DNA from: a virus | Length of the DNA stretch: 64,000 nt | Reading direction: 5' to 3' (one strand) | Virus record (IMG/VR): IMGVR_UViG_3300044716_000732 | Span: 1-64,000 of that record | Shown: piece by piece, positions 50,299-59,128 of the stretch | Numbering within the stretch: position 1 is the first letter of the stretch | Layout: the number at the start of each line of letters is the position of its first letter | Position numbers and translations under genes: made by a program | Notes under the pieces: model-generated | The model's input: only the letters and a program-made list of their open reading frames with translations | The model's database searches: none | Told to the model about the DNA's origin: nothing

Positions 50299-51309
50299 AT
50301 GAAACTCGCATCAATTGAAATCATAAAAAATATAAAAATTCACCCTAATGCGGATTCTTTAGAAATCGCAGAAGTTTTGGGCTGGCAGACAGTGGTAAAA
50401 AAAGGAATCCACAAAGAGGGAGATAAGGTTGTTTTTATTACGATTGATACTATTGTTCCTCGTCGGGAATGGTCTGAATTTTTGGTAGATCAAAAAAATC
50501 CAGATAAGCCTATTAGATTAAAAAACATAAAGCTTCGTGGAGAATATAGTTCTGGTTTGGTTATTCCTTTGATTGAATTTCCTTTACAATTCGAATCTCT
50601 AGATGTTGGTGATGATGTAACAGAAATACTTGGTATTCAAAAGTATGTAAAGGAAATCCCTGCTAATCTTTCTGGTGAAACATTAGGAGATTTTCCCACA
50701 AATATCATCTCAAAAACAGATGAAGACAATGGTTTGAATGATCCCAAGTTGGTTGATGAAGTGTTTAAAGTTGATAAAGAACTTACGATAAGTCTAAAAA
50801 TAGATGGATCTTCTTGTACTTTAATAGTAGAAGATGGAAAATTGATACAAGTTTGTAGTAGAAATCTTTCTAAAAAAGAAACTGAAAATTCTACATTTTG
50901 GAATGCAGCAAAAAAATTAAATATACCAGAAAATTGGACGGGCGTCATACAATCGGAAATGGCGGGTAATGGAATACAATGTAACAATTTAAAAATCAAC
51001 GAGATAAAATTATTTGTATTTCAAATTTATACTGATAATAAATATATGACATATGATGAAATGAAGCAATTTTGTGATAATCATTTAAAATGCGATGTTG
51101 TTCCATTGATTTGTAAACTTAAAATAGAAGATACAATAAATCTTTGGACGGATCCTTTAAAGAAATTACAAGAATTGGCAGATAAACAAAAATATTCAAG
51201 CGGACTTGATGCGGAGGGAATTGTTGTAAGACCCTCTAGTTATATCAAATCTAGAAATTCTAGAAGACCATTAGGATTCAAATTGATAAACAGAAATTAT
51301 AAAGATTAA
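50299..51309 (+). CDS. RNA ligase, DRB0094/Rnl5 family
   Basis: MKLASI...HPNAD.LE, LRGEYSSGL, KTDE, KIDGSS, EGIVVR, FKLIN. Confidence 0.88.
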   Translation: MKLASIEIIKNIKIHPNADSLEIAEVLGWQTVVKKGIHKEGDKVVFITIDTIVPRREWSEFLVDQKNPDKPIRLKNIKLRGEYSSGLVIPLIEFPLQFESLDVGDDVTEILGIQKYVKEIPANLSGETLGDFPTNIISKTDEDNGLNDPKLVDEVFKVDKELTISLKIDGSSCTLIVEDGKLIQVCSRNLSKKETENSTFWNAAKKLNIPENWTGVIQSEMAGNGIQCNNLKINEIKLFVFQIYTDNKYMTYDEMKQFCDNHLKCDVVPLICKLKIEDTINLWTDPLKKLQELADKQKYSSGLDAEGIVVRPSSYIKSRNSRRPLGFKLINRNYKD

Positions 51310-52226
51310 TCCTTTATACATTTTTCAACTACACATCTAGAAATATTTAATTTTTTAGATATTTTATTTATTGTAATATTATTATTATATTCTTTTAAAC
51401 AAAAGTCACATAACTCTTTATATGTTTTGAATTGAAAATTAGGTATTCTTTTTAAAATTTTAGACATAGTTTGATTTTTATTTTCTCCCACATTAAATCT
51501 TTTTAATATATTACGAATAACAACACCACTTAAATTAATTTTAGATCCAATGCTCCAAATACCCAATCCCTTTTTACTTTCTTCTAAACAAAAATTTTCA
51601 AGTTCTTCATAACTATTAAAAATAAAATTTTTATGATGTTTTTTAATTTGTCTCCAAGAATTTTCTTTACATGTTTTTTTAGCATGTTCCCTTAATGCTT
51701 TTAATCTTTCAACACTTAATTTTCTTCCAATTGATTTTTCTCTTATTTTATTTTTTGTAATATCAGTATGTTTTTTTCCATACATTCCATTTTTAATACC
51801 TTTTCTTGCAAAAAAATTTGAATAATTCTTCTTGAAAAATAAAATTTCTCTACTATTCATTATTCTATATTTTTGATTATCTTCTCTTTTTTTAAACATA
51901 GCATAAAATGCTTGCATAATAGAGTTATTATTCGTTATCATTCTCAATGCTAAAATTTTATGACAAATTAAATGTTCTTTCAGAGTTAAAAAAACAATGT
52001 TATTTATATCATTTTTTGAATATTCATCTGAAATACATTTTGGTAAAATATGATGAGCTTCATAGTTATATTTTCCATATTTTTTATTGACATATTTTTT
52101 TGCTGAATATATCTTTTCATAAGAAAAAACTATTCTATTACTTGCTCTTTTTATTATTTTTTCATATATACGATAATACTTTTGTGAATTCGATAAATTT
52201 TTTATTTTTTCTAAATAAATGTTCAT
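51306..52226 (-). CDS. HNH/NUMOD3 homing endonuclease
   Basis: EAHHILPK...NIVFLTLKEH.ICH; NGMYGKKHT. Confidence 0.8.
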   Translation of the reverse strand: MNIYLEKIKNLSNSQKYYRIYEKIIKRASNRIVFSYEKIYSAKKYVNKKYGKYNYEAHHILPKCISDEYSKNDINNIVFLTLKEHLICHKILALRMITNNNSIMQAFYAMFKKREDNQKYRIMNSREILFFKKNYSNFFARKGIKNGMYGKKHTDITKNKIREKSIGRKLSVERLKALREHAKKTCKENSWRQIKKHHKNFIFNSYEELENFCLEESKKGLGIWSIGSKINLSGVVIRNILKRFNVGENKNQTMSKILKRIPNFQFKTYKELCDFCLKEYNNNITINKISKKLNISRCVVEKCIKD

Positions 52227-52318
52227 AAAACTACTTATCAAATTTAGATGTTTTTGGAATAGGTATTCAACATAATTATTGACATTTTTAAAATTTAATG
52301 TATTGTATAAAGACTAAT

Positions 52319-52498
52319 ATGTATAAACTGGAAAGAAAAGAAAACGAAGGTGTGTGGTATGAAGTAATGCTTTCTCCATTTAAAACAAGGGAAGAAATTA
52401 AAGTATATCATGCAAAGTACAGCAAATATTATCCTAATACAAAAACAACTTATAGAGTTACAAATCTTGAAACAGGAGGAATGAAAGTAATACGATGA
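52319..52498 (+). CDS. hypothetical protein
   Basis: ORF after TTGACA. Confidence 0.55.
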   Translation: MYKLERKENEGVWYEVMLSPFKTREEIKVYHAKYSKYYPNTKTTYRVTNLETGGMKVIR

Positions 52499-52677
52499 AT
52501 GTTTTTAAAGAATTGGAAGAGGTAGGATACACTCAAGTCAAATTAAAAAATATGACCGATAATATTTTGGATGCATATAAAAAAAATCCAAAAGAATGTG
52601 AAAGACTTTTGAAAGAATTAGCAAAGATAGATCACGAATTAGAAGAATTGGATAAAGAATTTTCAAAATATCTATGA
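52495..52677 (+). CDS. hypothetical protein
   Basis: ATGA-coupled ORF. Confidence 0.6.
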   Translation: MNVFKELEEVGYTQVKLKNMTDNILDAYKKNPKECERLLKELAKIDHELEELDKEFSKYL

Positions 52678-53153
52678 AATTTATAGAAGTAATTTTAGAA
52701 AATAGTAAACTTAAAGAAGCAAAACTATTTGCTCCTGCTAAAAAAGCTGCTAATAATCCAGAAACAGGTATTACGATTCAAAATAAATCTGCTTATCATG
52801 TTATTAAAGATTGTGCAAATATAACAATCAAGTATCTTCCTCTTTATGTATTTGCACATTATGAATGTTTTTTTACAGAATTGTCTGGAAAATTTAAAAG
52901 AAAAGATATAGAAGAATTTGTTTCTGGTGCAGAGAAAGATATTGTTTTAAATCAACTTCTTATTCTTATATTGGAACTAAATGGTGGATTGGTAGGAGAG
53001 ACTCCAAAGATTTCTGTTTCGGATAATAGCGATTTCGAAATTAATGATCCTTATGGTGAATATGGAGTTGGGTTTGAAGAAATACCAAATAAAAATGAAA
53101 ATAATAATATGTCTGTTGTAGATAGTTTATGTAAACTTTTTGATGTGAAGTAA
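52674..53153 (+). CDS. hypothetical protein
   Basis: ATGA-coupled ORF. Confidence 0.65.
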   Translation: MKFIEVILENSKLKEAKLFAPAKKAANNPETGITIQNKSAYHVIKDCANITIKYLPLYVFAHYECFFTELSGKFKRKDIEEFVSGAEKDIVLNQLLILILELNGGLVGETPKISVSDNSDFEINDPYGEYGVGFEEIPNKNENNNMSVVDSLCKLFDVK

Positions 53154-53168
53154 GATAAGTAAATTAGT

Positions 53169-53543
53169 ATGAAAAACAAAGATCAAATATTACTGGAACA
53201 AGCATATTCAAAAATTTTAAATGAAAATTTAGATAAATTTCAACCACATGATCCGGAAATGCAAGAATTATCTAAAGTAGGTCTTGGTGAAGAATATCCA
53301 GAAGATGAGAACGTTTCCTCTGATGATAGAAATTGGTATTTCGATGAAGATGGACAACCACCATATAATGTAAAATATTCTAATAGAACGTTTAATATTA
53401 GAGGTAAAGAAGTATTGATCAAACAAGAAATGGATCAAGACGATGATAGTAGGTGGTATTATATTTCTCTTGTTGATCCAGAAACAAAAGAACGTGTTTT
53501 TAATGATGTTACAGAAGATCAAATCAAAAAAATGTTTTTTTGA
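53169..53543 (+). CDS. hypothetical protein with KDQILLE tag
   Basis: MKNKDQILLEQAYSKILNE. Confidence 0.7.
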   Translation: MKNKDQILLEQAYSKILNENLDKFQPHDPEMQELSKVGLGEEYPEDENVSSDDRNWYFDEDGQPPYNVKYSNRTFNIRGKEVLIKQEMDQDDDSRWYYISLVDPETKERVFNDVTEDQIKKMFF

Positions 53544-53546
53544 TTG

Positions 53547-53575
53547 TTGACATTTTTGAAAAAATAATATATAGT
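53547..53575 (+). promoter_or_regulatory. sigma70-type promoter of the ncRNA/tmRNA operon
   Basis: TTGACA-17bp-TATAGT. Confidence 0.75.
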
Positions 53576-53588
53576 CTTTATTAGATAG

Positions 53589-53642
53589 TTGGTTCCCGAT
53601 GAGCCAATGGGACTGAGAATACTCGGTCGAATACAAAATCGG
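53589..53642 (+). ncRNA. H-type pseudoknot element, copy 3 (hairpin inserted in loop 3)
   Basis: TTGGTTC CCGAT GAGCCAA, GACTGAG-AATA-CTCGGTC, ATCGG. Confidence 0.65.
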
Positions 53643-53673
53643 AAATTGATATTTGACATTTTAATTTTAGTAG

Positions 53674-53753
53674 ACCCGCCATGCCTCTCACTTGACATGA
53701 GTAGTTTCTAAAGTACACGGCAACTAAGTAAGTTGATGCACACTTTGGCGGGT
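53674..53753 (+). ncRNA. structured ncRNA A (unknown)
   Basis: ACCCGCCA/TGGCGGGT closing stem; internal hairpins CTCA/TGAG and CAACT/AGTTG. Confidence 0.6.
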
Positions 53754-53760
53754 GTTTCTT

Positions 53761-53916
53761 TTACCAAGCGCAGATGCTCGCAAAGCTCTACCGCGATGGG
53801 TGACAATGCAATGTTTCCGGAAACAACATTTAACCCATAGGGAACTTCTTCGATTATTATGTATGCGTCCATAAGATACTTGGAGGACTAATGATTAGAA
53901 TGAGAGGTCTTGGTAA
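53761..53916 (+). ncRNA. structured ncRNA B (unknown)
   Basis: TTACCAAG/CTTGGTAA closing stem; internal ATGGGT/ACCCAT and GTCC/GGAC stems. Confidence 0.5.
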
Positions 53917-53927
53917 TGATTTTAAAA

Positions 53928-54113
53928 ACTGGAATGTTGGTTTAGAAAACCATCATCTAAGGAGTGGGAGATTGGACGTGGAGAACTGGTAATTAGTATG
54001 GACACAATTCAAATAAGCCATACATCCTATTTATAGGTACGGAGATGACCGTGAATTGCGTTTCACAGGACGAAGAAATTCGTAACCCCTTTAGCTTTAA
54101 AAGGCACACCAGT
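53928..54113 (+). ncRNA. ncRNA C: mimic of the 23S rRNA GTPase-associated centre (H42-H44) with an insertion
   Basis: ACTGGAATGTTGGTTTAGAAAACCATCATCTAAGGAGT...GCACACCAGT aligns to E. coli 23S 1051-1108 with compensatory changes. Confidence 0.75.
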
Positions 54114-54125
54114 AAAATTTTGATA

Positions 54126-54266
54126 AGTCGGACGGGAATAGTGTGCTGTGCTGTTCTTAAAAAGCTCACCGTTGCAGACTGTCACCAGACTCGATTAGGC
54201 AGAGGGTAACAAGTAATCTTCGTCCAACGTGAGAAAAACACGGTAGCCAATGAAGAACTTTCTGGT
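54126..54266 (+). ncRNA. structured ncRNAs D/E (unknown)
   Basis: AGTC/GACT and ACGG/CCGT stems (54126-54180); ACCAGA/TCTGGT stem (54184-54266). Confidence 0.4.
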
Positions 54267-54285
54267 AATGATCTTTGAAATTTAT

Positions 54286-54696
54286 GGGGGTGAAAGGATT
54301 CGACATTGGATTCTAACTTCTCAGTGCATGTAGAGGATGATAGTTGGCCTCTTTAATAATCTATCAAAAACTAAATGCAGAAGACAATACTTCTGATCTT
54401 TTAGACGAAGCTGAATACATCTTCAACAATGCTGACGAGTTCCTCGCTGGCGTTGAAGACTACGCACTCGCCGCCTAAGAGCCTAACGGTAATCCTCTAA
54501 ATCCGTTTTGAATTGCAGAGGTTTTGACGATCTGTTAGAAATCATGTAAAAAATATTACGGAGTTTGTTGTAACTTTAAAACATCAAGGTTGGTTAATGT
54601 GCCAAGATACCTTATAAATCAAATACATTAAAGCATGTGTAGATCTGAAAGTAAACGTTTAATGGACACGACTATCGTATGTCGTCACCTCCACCA
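54286..54696 (+). ncRNA. ssrA: tmRNA
   Basis: GGGGGTGAAAGGATTCGAC 5' end; CACCTCC-A-CCA 3' end with G3:U; tag ORF 54377-54478 ending YALAA*. Confidence 0.95.
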
Positions 54697-54701
54697 TTTT
54701 T

Positions 54702-54789
54702 GGGTAGATAGACTCGTAAGGGGCGAGAATTGGCTGTAGACCAATTGTTATTTTTAACCCTGTCCGTTCGAATCGGACTCTGCCCACCA
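54702..54789 (+). tRNA. tRNA-Tyr(GTA)
   Basis: GGGTAGA/TCTGCCC-A-CCA; ATTGG-CTGTAGA-CCAAT; long V region. Confidence 0.9.
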
Positions 54790-54796
54790 TTTATAA

Positions 54797-54871
54797 GTCT
54801 CTATAGTGTAACGGTTAGCACAGTACCCTTTCACGGTATTAGTATCGGTTCAAATCCGTTTAGAGATGCCA
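54797..54871 (+). tRNA. tRNA-Glu(TTC)
   Basis: GTCTCTA/TAGAGAT-G-CCA; GTACC-CTTTCAC-GGTAT. Confidence 0.9.
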
Positions 54872-54890
54872 AATTTTGCGGAGTCGAACC

Positions 54891-54931
54891 AAACCCCTTT
54901 GGGCTACCAACCTAGAGGGGTTTATTTATTT
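54891..54931 (+). terminator. terminator of the ncRNA operon
   Basis: AAACCCCTTTGG...CTAGAGGGGTTT plus T-rich tail. Confidence 0.7.
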
Positions 54932-54953
54932 AAAATAAAGATAAATATTTTAT

Positions 54954-55553
54954 ATGAAAAAGTTATTTTTATTTTGTTCTATTTTATTATTTTTAAACAG
55001 CTGTACTGTTTATACAGAAAAACAATCTGAAGCATTATCTCGTTCCGTTTATGCTACCAAAGATTCTTTAGACAACGCAAGATTAGACTTAGCCGATACC
55101 TATGCTAATGAATCAACAAGAATAGTAAAACCACCTAAACAAAGAATAGATATTAAACCTGTTTATAAAAAGAATATTGATAATATTTCAAGTCAAAGCA
55201 AAGTAAAACCAACAATTATAAACAAACAAAGAGTTTTAATAATACCCGAAAAATATAAAAACGATACGGTTGTTGTTGTAAGCTCCGAAGAATATCAACA
55301 ACTCTTAAAAGATAAAGAAACATACGAACAAATAGAAAAAGATATTGCAAATATAACAGAAACAAAAATAGCAGTAGATCAGGAATTGATTCGTCAAATG
55401 GAATATAATGATAAAATGGTTAGAGATTTGAATATAATGCAGAAAAAATTGATAGAAAAAGATCTTGCGATTTTACAAAGAAATATTGCAATAATATTTT
55501 TACTTGTTATAATGGGTGGAGCAACTTATCTAAGAATAAAAGGAATACTCTAA
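54954..55553 (+). CDS. lipoprotein with C-terminal TM helix (candidate unimolecular spanin)
   Basis: MKK-hydrophobic-LNSC lipobox-like; C-terminal IAIIFLLVIMGGATYL. Confidence 0.6.
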   Translation: MKKLFLFCSILLFLNSCTVYTEKQSEALSRSVYATKDSLDNARLDLADTYANESTRIVKPPKQRIDIKPVYKKNIDNISSQSKVKPTIINKQRVLIIPEKYKNDTVVVVSSEEYQQLLKDKETYEQIEKDIANITETKIAVDQELIRQMEYNDKMVRDLNIMQKKLIEKDLAILQRNIAIIFLLVIMGGATYLRIKGIL

Positions 55554-55846
55554 TGGATGAAATTATAAAAAATTTATCAAAACTATATCCAGAATTTGAA
55601 TTTAAATCAAATTTATATTCTAATGCAACCCAAAGACCAGTTGTTCAGATATATAATGTATTAAGTTGGCTGAATCAAAACCCAACAGAATTAGAAGAAT
55701 TAACCGATCAACAATGGGATAATATAGAAGTAAATGAAGTTAATATTGGAAAGTTATGGGATTGTTTAATAATGAATAGTGGGGAAATTTCATTTGATGG
55801 TGATATAAATTTCGATGCTTCTTTAGACAAGTATAATAATTTTTAA
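55553..55846 (+). CDS. hypothetical protein
   Basis: coupled ORF. Confidence 0.6.
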   Translation: MDEIIKNLSKLYPEFEFKSNLYSNATQRPVVQIYNVLSWLNQNPTELEELTDQQWDNIEVNEVNIGKLWDCLIMNSGEISFDGDINFDASLDKYNNF

Positions 55847-55889
55847 AAAAACTTGCATAAAATTTTAAACATGTTAAAATTTTTATCTT

Positions 55890-56198
55890 ATGAAAAAAGA
55901 TGAAAAAATTCTTTCACAAGAAATGATAGATTATTGTGAAAGAGCTATTGAAGAGTCTAAAAAATTGTGTGATGAAATTTTAGACTCTTATAAAGGAAAC
56001 TTAGAACAAAAAGAATTTCTAAAAGAATTATCAAAAATGATGGAAATTGATAATATGATTAAAGAAAAAATAAACAATTTATCTTTTTCTGATATTAAAA
56101 ATGATAATAATATTTTAGATGAAATAGATGAAATGTTAAAACGGAAATTTAATATTTTAGATTTTTTAAATTTTACAGATGAAAAACAATTGGTTTGA
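55890..56198 (+). CDS. hypothetical protein
   Basis: ORF after a promoter-like sequence. Confidence 0.6.
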   Translation: MKKDEKILSQEMIDYCERAIEESKKLCDEILDSYKGNLEQKEFLKELSKMMEIDNMIKEKINNLSFSDIKNDNNILDEIDEMLKRKFNILDFLNFTDEKQLV

Positions 56199-56282
56199 TA
56201 TTTTTTGTTGGGTTACACTAACGGTAGCAGCATTATATACTACCTTATATGCAACATATGTAATGTTAGAAGTTTTATTAAA

Positions 56283-56543
56283 ATGAAAACACTAAAAGAA
56301 AAAATTATAGATATATTAAATGAAGATGAAAATTTTTTATTAGCAGATGGATTTGATGATGCATTTGTTGGTATAGGTAGACAATTCGGTAGACCTATTG
56401 CTGTATATGATAGATTTGAATGTATAGAATTATTGATAAAAGAAGGAATGTCCGAAGAAGAAGCCGAAGAGTATTTTCAATTTAATGTAGAAGGTGCATG
56501 GGTTGGTGAAAATACTCCTATATTTTTAGAAAAATTATATTGA
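56283..56543 (+). CDS. conserved phage protein (ADGFD.A..G...EA.EYF.FNV.GAW.GE.TP)
   Basis: family motif. Confidence 0.75.
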   Translation: MKTLKEKIIDILNEDENFLLADGFDDAFVGIGRQFGRPIAVYDRFECIELLIKEGMSEEEAEEYFQFNVEGAWVGENTPIFLEKLY

Positions 56544-56577
56544 CAGTATGATAATTTTAATTTATAGTAGATAAAAA

Positions 56578-57225
56578 ATGAAAAAGAAAACCAAACCATC
56601 TAAAAAAGTATCCATAGAGTTTGATGAAAGACATCTTGGTACTCTCACAACTGCACTAGAAGTTTATTCTCGTCTTCGTTCTGGTCAAATCAAAATCGCA
56701 ATGGATACTGCTTTTTGGGATAAGGAATTGTCTTATGAGGATGGAGAAGTTCTTGAAAGCATGGTAAGAACTATTGTTTTCCATAAAGAAGAAGAATTGA
56801 TGGAACACAGAAATGCTTACTATGGTGTTGGTTGCGAGAAAATGAAAGATGGCACAGTAGCATGGGAGATTAAAAAGACCATTGATCAATATCTACACTA
56901 TCAAAGGAATGATGGTTATAGAAGTATTTGTAATGTTTCTGGTGATGGGGCTTTTCAAATTTCTGATGTTCCTATTCCAAAAATCATAGAACCTTCTCGT
57001 ATGTTGTCGGAATTTGCTTATTGGAAACCACAAAAAGAATTCAGAATTCCGCAAAGATATCAAGATCGGGTTGATAAAGCAATGAAGAATAAAGACTTTA
57101 ATTTAGTTTGGGAACTAGTAGATAAGGCGTTTAAGAATAGTTTACCGAAAGGTTCTAGTTCTAGTGTAAAAGAAGTTGCTGGAACTTACTATGTAGTAAT
57201 TACAGAACCGTATAAAATGGATTGA
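56578..57225 (+). CDS. hypothetical protein
   Basis: 215-aa ORF after a TTGACA promoter. Confidence 0.7.
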   Translation: MKKKTKPSKKVSIEFDERHLGTLTTALEVYSRLRSGQIKIAMDTAFWDKELSYEDGEVLESMVRTIVFHKEEELMEHRNAYYGVGCEKMKDGTVAWEIKKTIDQYLHYQRNDGYRSICNVSGDGAFQISDVPIPKIIEPSRMLSEFAYWKPQKEFRIPQRYQDRVDKAMKNKDFNLVWELVDKAFKNSLPKGSSSSVKEVAGTYYVVITEPYKMD

Positions 57226-57809
57226 TGATGAATTATATCAATAAACATAATGTTTTAATTTTAAATAAACACTGGATACCCATTAACACAACTACAGCTA
57301 GACATTCTTTTTCTTTAATGTATTCGGAAAATGCGAAAGGAATAATGATAGAAGAAGATAAGGTAGTTCCGCTAGAGTGGAATGAATGGGTCAGTTTAAA
57401 TATTAATGAAACGGATAGGAAGATAAAAACAGTAAAAGGATTTGTAAAAATTCCTACTGTTATTGTTTTAAATCATTATGATAAAATTCCAAGACAAACT
57501 ATAAAATTTACACAAAAAAATTTATGGGAAAGAGATAATTTTACTTGTCAATATACTGGTAAAAAATTAACTAGATTGACAGGTAATATCGACCATGTTA
57601 TTCCTAAATCACAAGGAGGAAAAACATCATGGGAAAATTGTGTATTGGCGCATAAAGAAATAAACGCAAGAAAAGCCGATAAGACACCAGAACAAGCAGG
57701 TTTGAAATTAATAAAAAAACCATCTGCGCCTAGATTTATGCCAGTTTCTTTCTATATTAGAAATAAAGATGAAATAGAGGATTGGAATCTATTTTTAAAT
57801 GTAATTTAA
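57222..57809 (+). CDS. HNH endonuclease (McrA-like)
   Basis: VLILN...RDNFTCQY...IDHVIPKSQGG..SWEN.V......N..K...TP. Confidence 0.85.
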   Translation: MMMNYINKHNVLILNKHWIPINTTTARHSFSLMYSENAKGIMIEEDKVVPLEWNEWVSLNINETDRKIKTVKGFVKIPTVIVLNHYDKIPRQTIKFTQKNLWERDNFTCQYTGKKLTRLTGNIDHVIPKSQGGKTSWENCVLAHKEINARKADKTPEQAGLKLIKKPSAPRFMPVSFYIRNKDEIEDWNLFLNVI

Positions 57810-57812
57810 TTT

Positions 57813-58100
57813 ATGGAAAATATTATTGAAGAAATTACAAAATTGACTGTTGAGTGGAGGTCTTTGAGTGGGAAAGGTCATTGTAAAGATAAAGATTTTC
57901 ATTGGTATATAGAAACCAAATGGAGTTATGGTCAACCTCCAAAATATAGTGTGCAACATCACGGTTACATTTTACACGATTTTGAGGAAATAGAATGTAG
58001 TTCTTATGAAGAAGCATTGACTGTTTTGAGAGATACTTTAAAAGAAAAAATAGAAGAAGAAAAGAAATTACAAAAAGAAAACGAAGAAAATGAATGGTAA
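57813..58100 (+). CDS. hypothetical protein
   Basis: ORF in operon. Confidence 0.65.
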   Translation: MENIIEEITKLTVEWRSLSGKGHCKDKDFHWYIETKWSYGQPPKYSVQHHGYILHDFEEIECSSYEEALTVLRDTLKEKIEEEKKLQKENEENEW

Positions 58101-58101
58101 T

Positions 58102-58806
58102 ATGAAAACATTAAACAAAAACAAACCTTTATTATTTTTAGGAGATCATCATGGAGATTGGCGATTTCTTTTTGATATCATCAGAGAAAAGAATATTGAA
58201 AATTGCAATATTATTTCTGTTGGAGATCTTGGTATAGGGTTTAAATATAAAAAAGAATCCGAATATTCTCAATCAGAGAAACTTAGCAACATGTTCAAAG
58301 AAAAAAACATCAATTTTTATGGTATTCCGGGGAATCATGATAATAGATTCTTTTTTGAAGGAAAAAATAGAATTGTCTATGAAAATTTTGAACTAATTGA
58401 AGATTATACTGTTGCAGAATATGATGGCAAATCTATTCAATTTATTGGCGGTGCTGTTTCTATTGATAGAACTTCTCGTAAAGAAGGTGTTTCATATTGG
58501 GAAGACGAAGCTGTTAAATTAGATAGAGATAAATGCAAAGAAGTTGATATTCTTGTAACCCATACTGCTCCGTCTTGGTGTTTTCCACAACAGTTTAATG
58601 AAATGGTTTATGGTTGGGCATTAGAGGACGCATATCTTATAGGAGATCTTAGTAATGAAAGAGCAATAATGGATGAGATTTTTAAACTATGTAAACCAAA
58701 ACTTCATTTATATGGTCATTTCCATAGTTCTTGGACTGAAGAGATTAATGAATGTAAACACAAACTATTGAATATTAATGAAATTTGGGAGATGCGTAAT
58801 GATTAG
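58102..58806 (+). CDS. calcineurin-like metallophosphoesterase
   Basis: GDHHG, VGD.G, GNHD, GGA.SID, THTAP, GHFH. Confidence 0.88.
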   Translation: MKTLNKNKPLLFLGDHHGDWRFLFDIIREKNIENCNIISVGDLGIGFKYKKESEYSQSEKLSNMFKEKNINFYGIPGNHDNRFFFEGKNRIVYENFELIEDYTVAEYDGKSIQFIGGAVSIDRTSRKEGVSYWEDEAVKLDRDKCKEVDILVTHTAPSWCFPQQFNEMVYGWALEDAYLIGDLSNERAIMDEIFKLCKPKLHLYGHFHSSWTEEINECKHKLLNINEIWEMRND

Positions 58807-59035
58807 TTTAAAAAAGATAAGTAGTATTATGACAGATGCATTATCGGCAACGGAATGTTTTTTTTATAATTCTTCCGTTTATAGAGAATTTTTAGAAGAA
58901 AGAGAAGAAATTCTAAAACATAAATGGCTGGAAAGTGAAAAGAAAGGCTATGATATCGGTTATAGTTCTGCTTTAATCGATTGGGTTTTAAAACATAGAA
59001 CTAAATGGAGAAAACGTAAAAACCATGAAATCTAG
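58799..59035 (+). CDS. DUF4032-like small protein
   Basis: EREEILKHKWLESEK.GYDIG...AL.DW..KH...WR. Confidence 0.7.
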   Translation: MISLKKISSIMTDALSATECFFYNSSVYREFLEEREEILKHKWLESEKKGYDIGYSSALIDWVLKHRTKWRKRKNHEI

Positions 59036-59128
59036 TACAAAAACAATTTTAGCTGGAATAACATTCTTTTTAGTATCTTTCTTTTATTTTTGGTTGATGT
59101 TTCTTCAAAAATAGTATATCATCATATA

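Noticed and set aside
53928-54113. A genuine rRNA gene or host contamination
   Set aside because: Only a ~58-nt domain matches, it is interrupted by an insert, and it is embedded in a phage RNA operon
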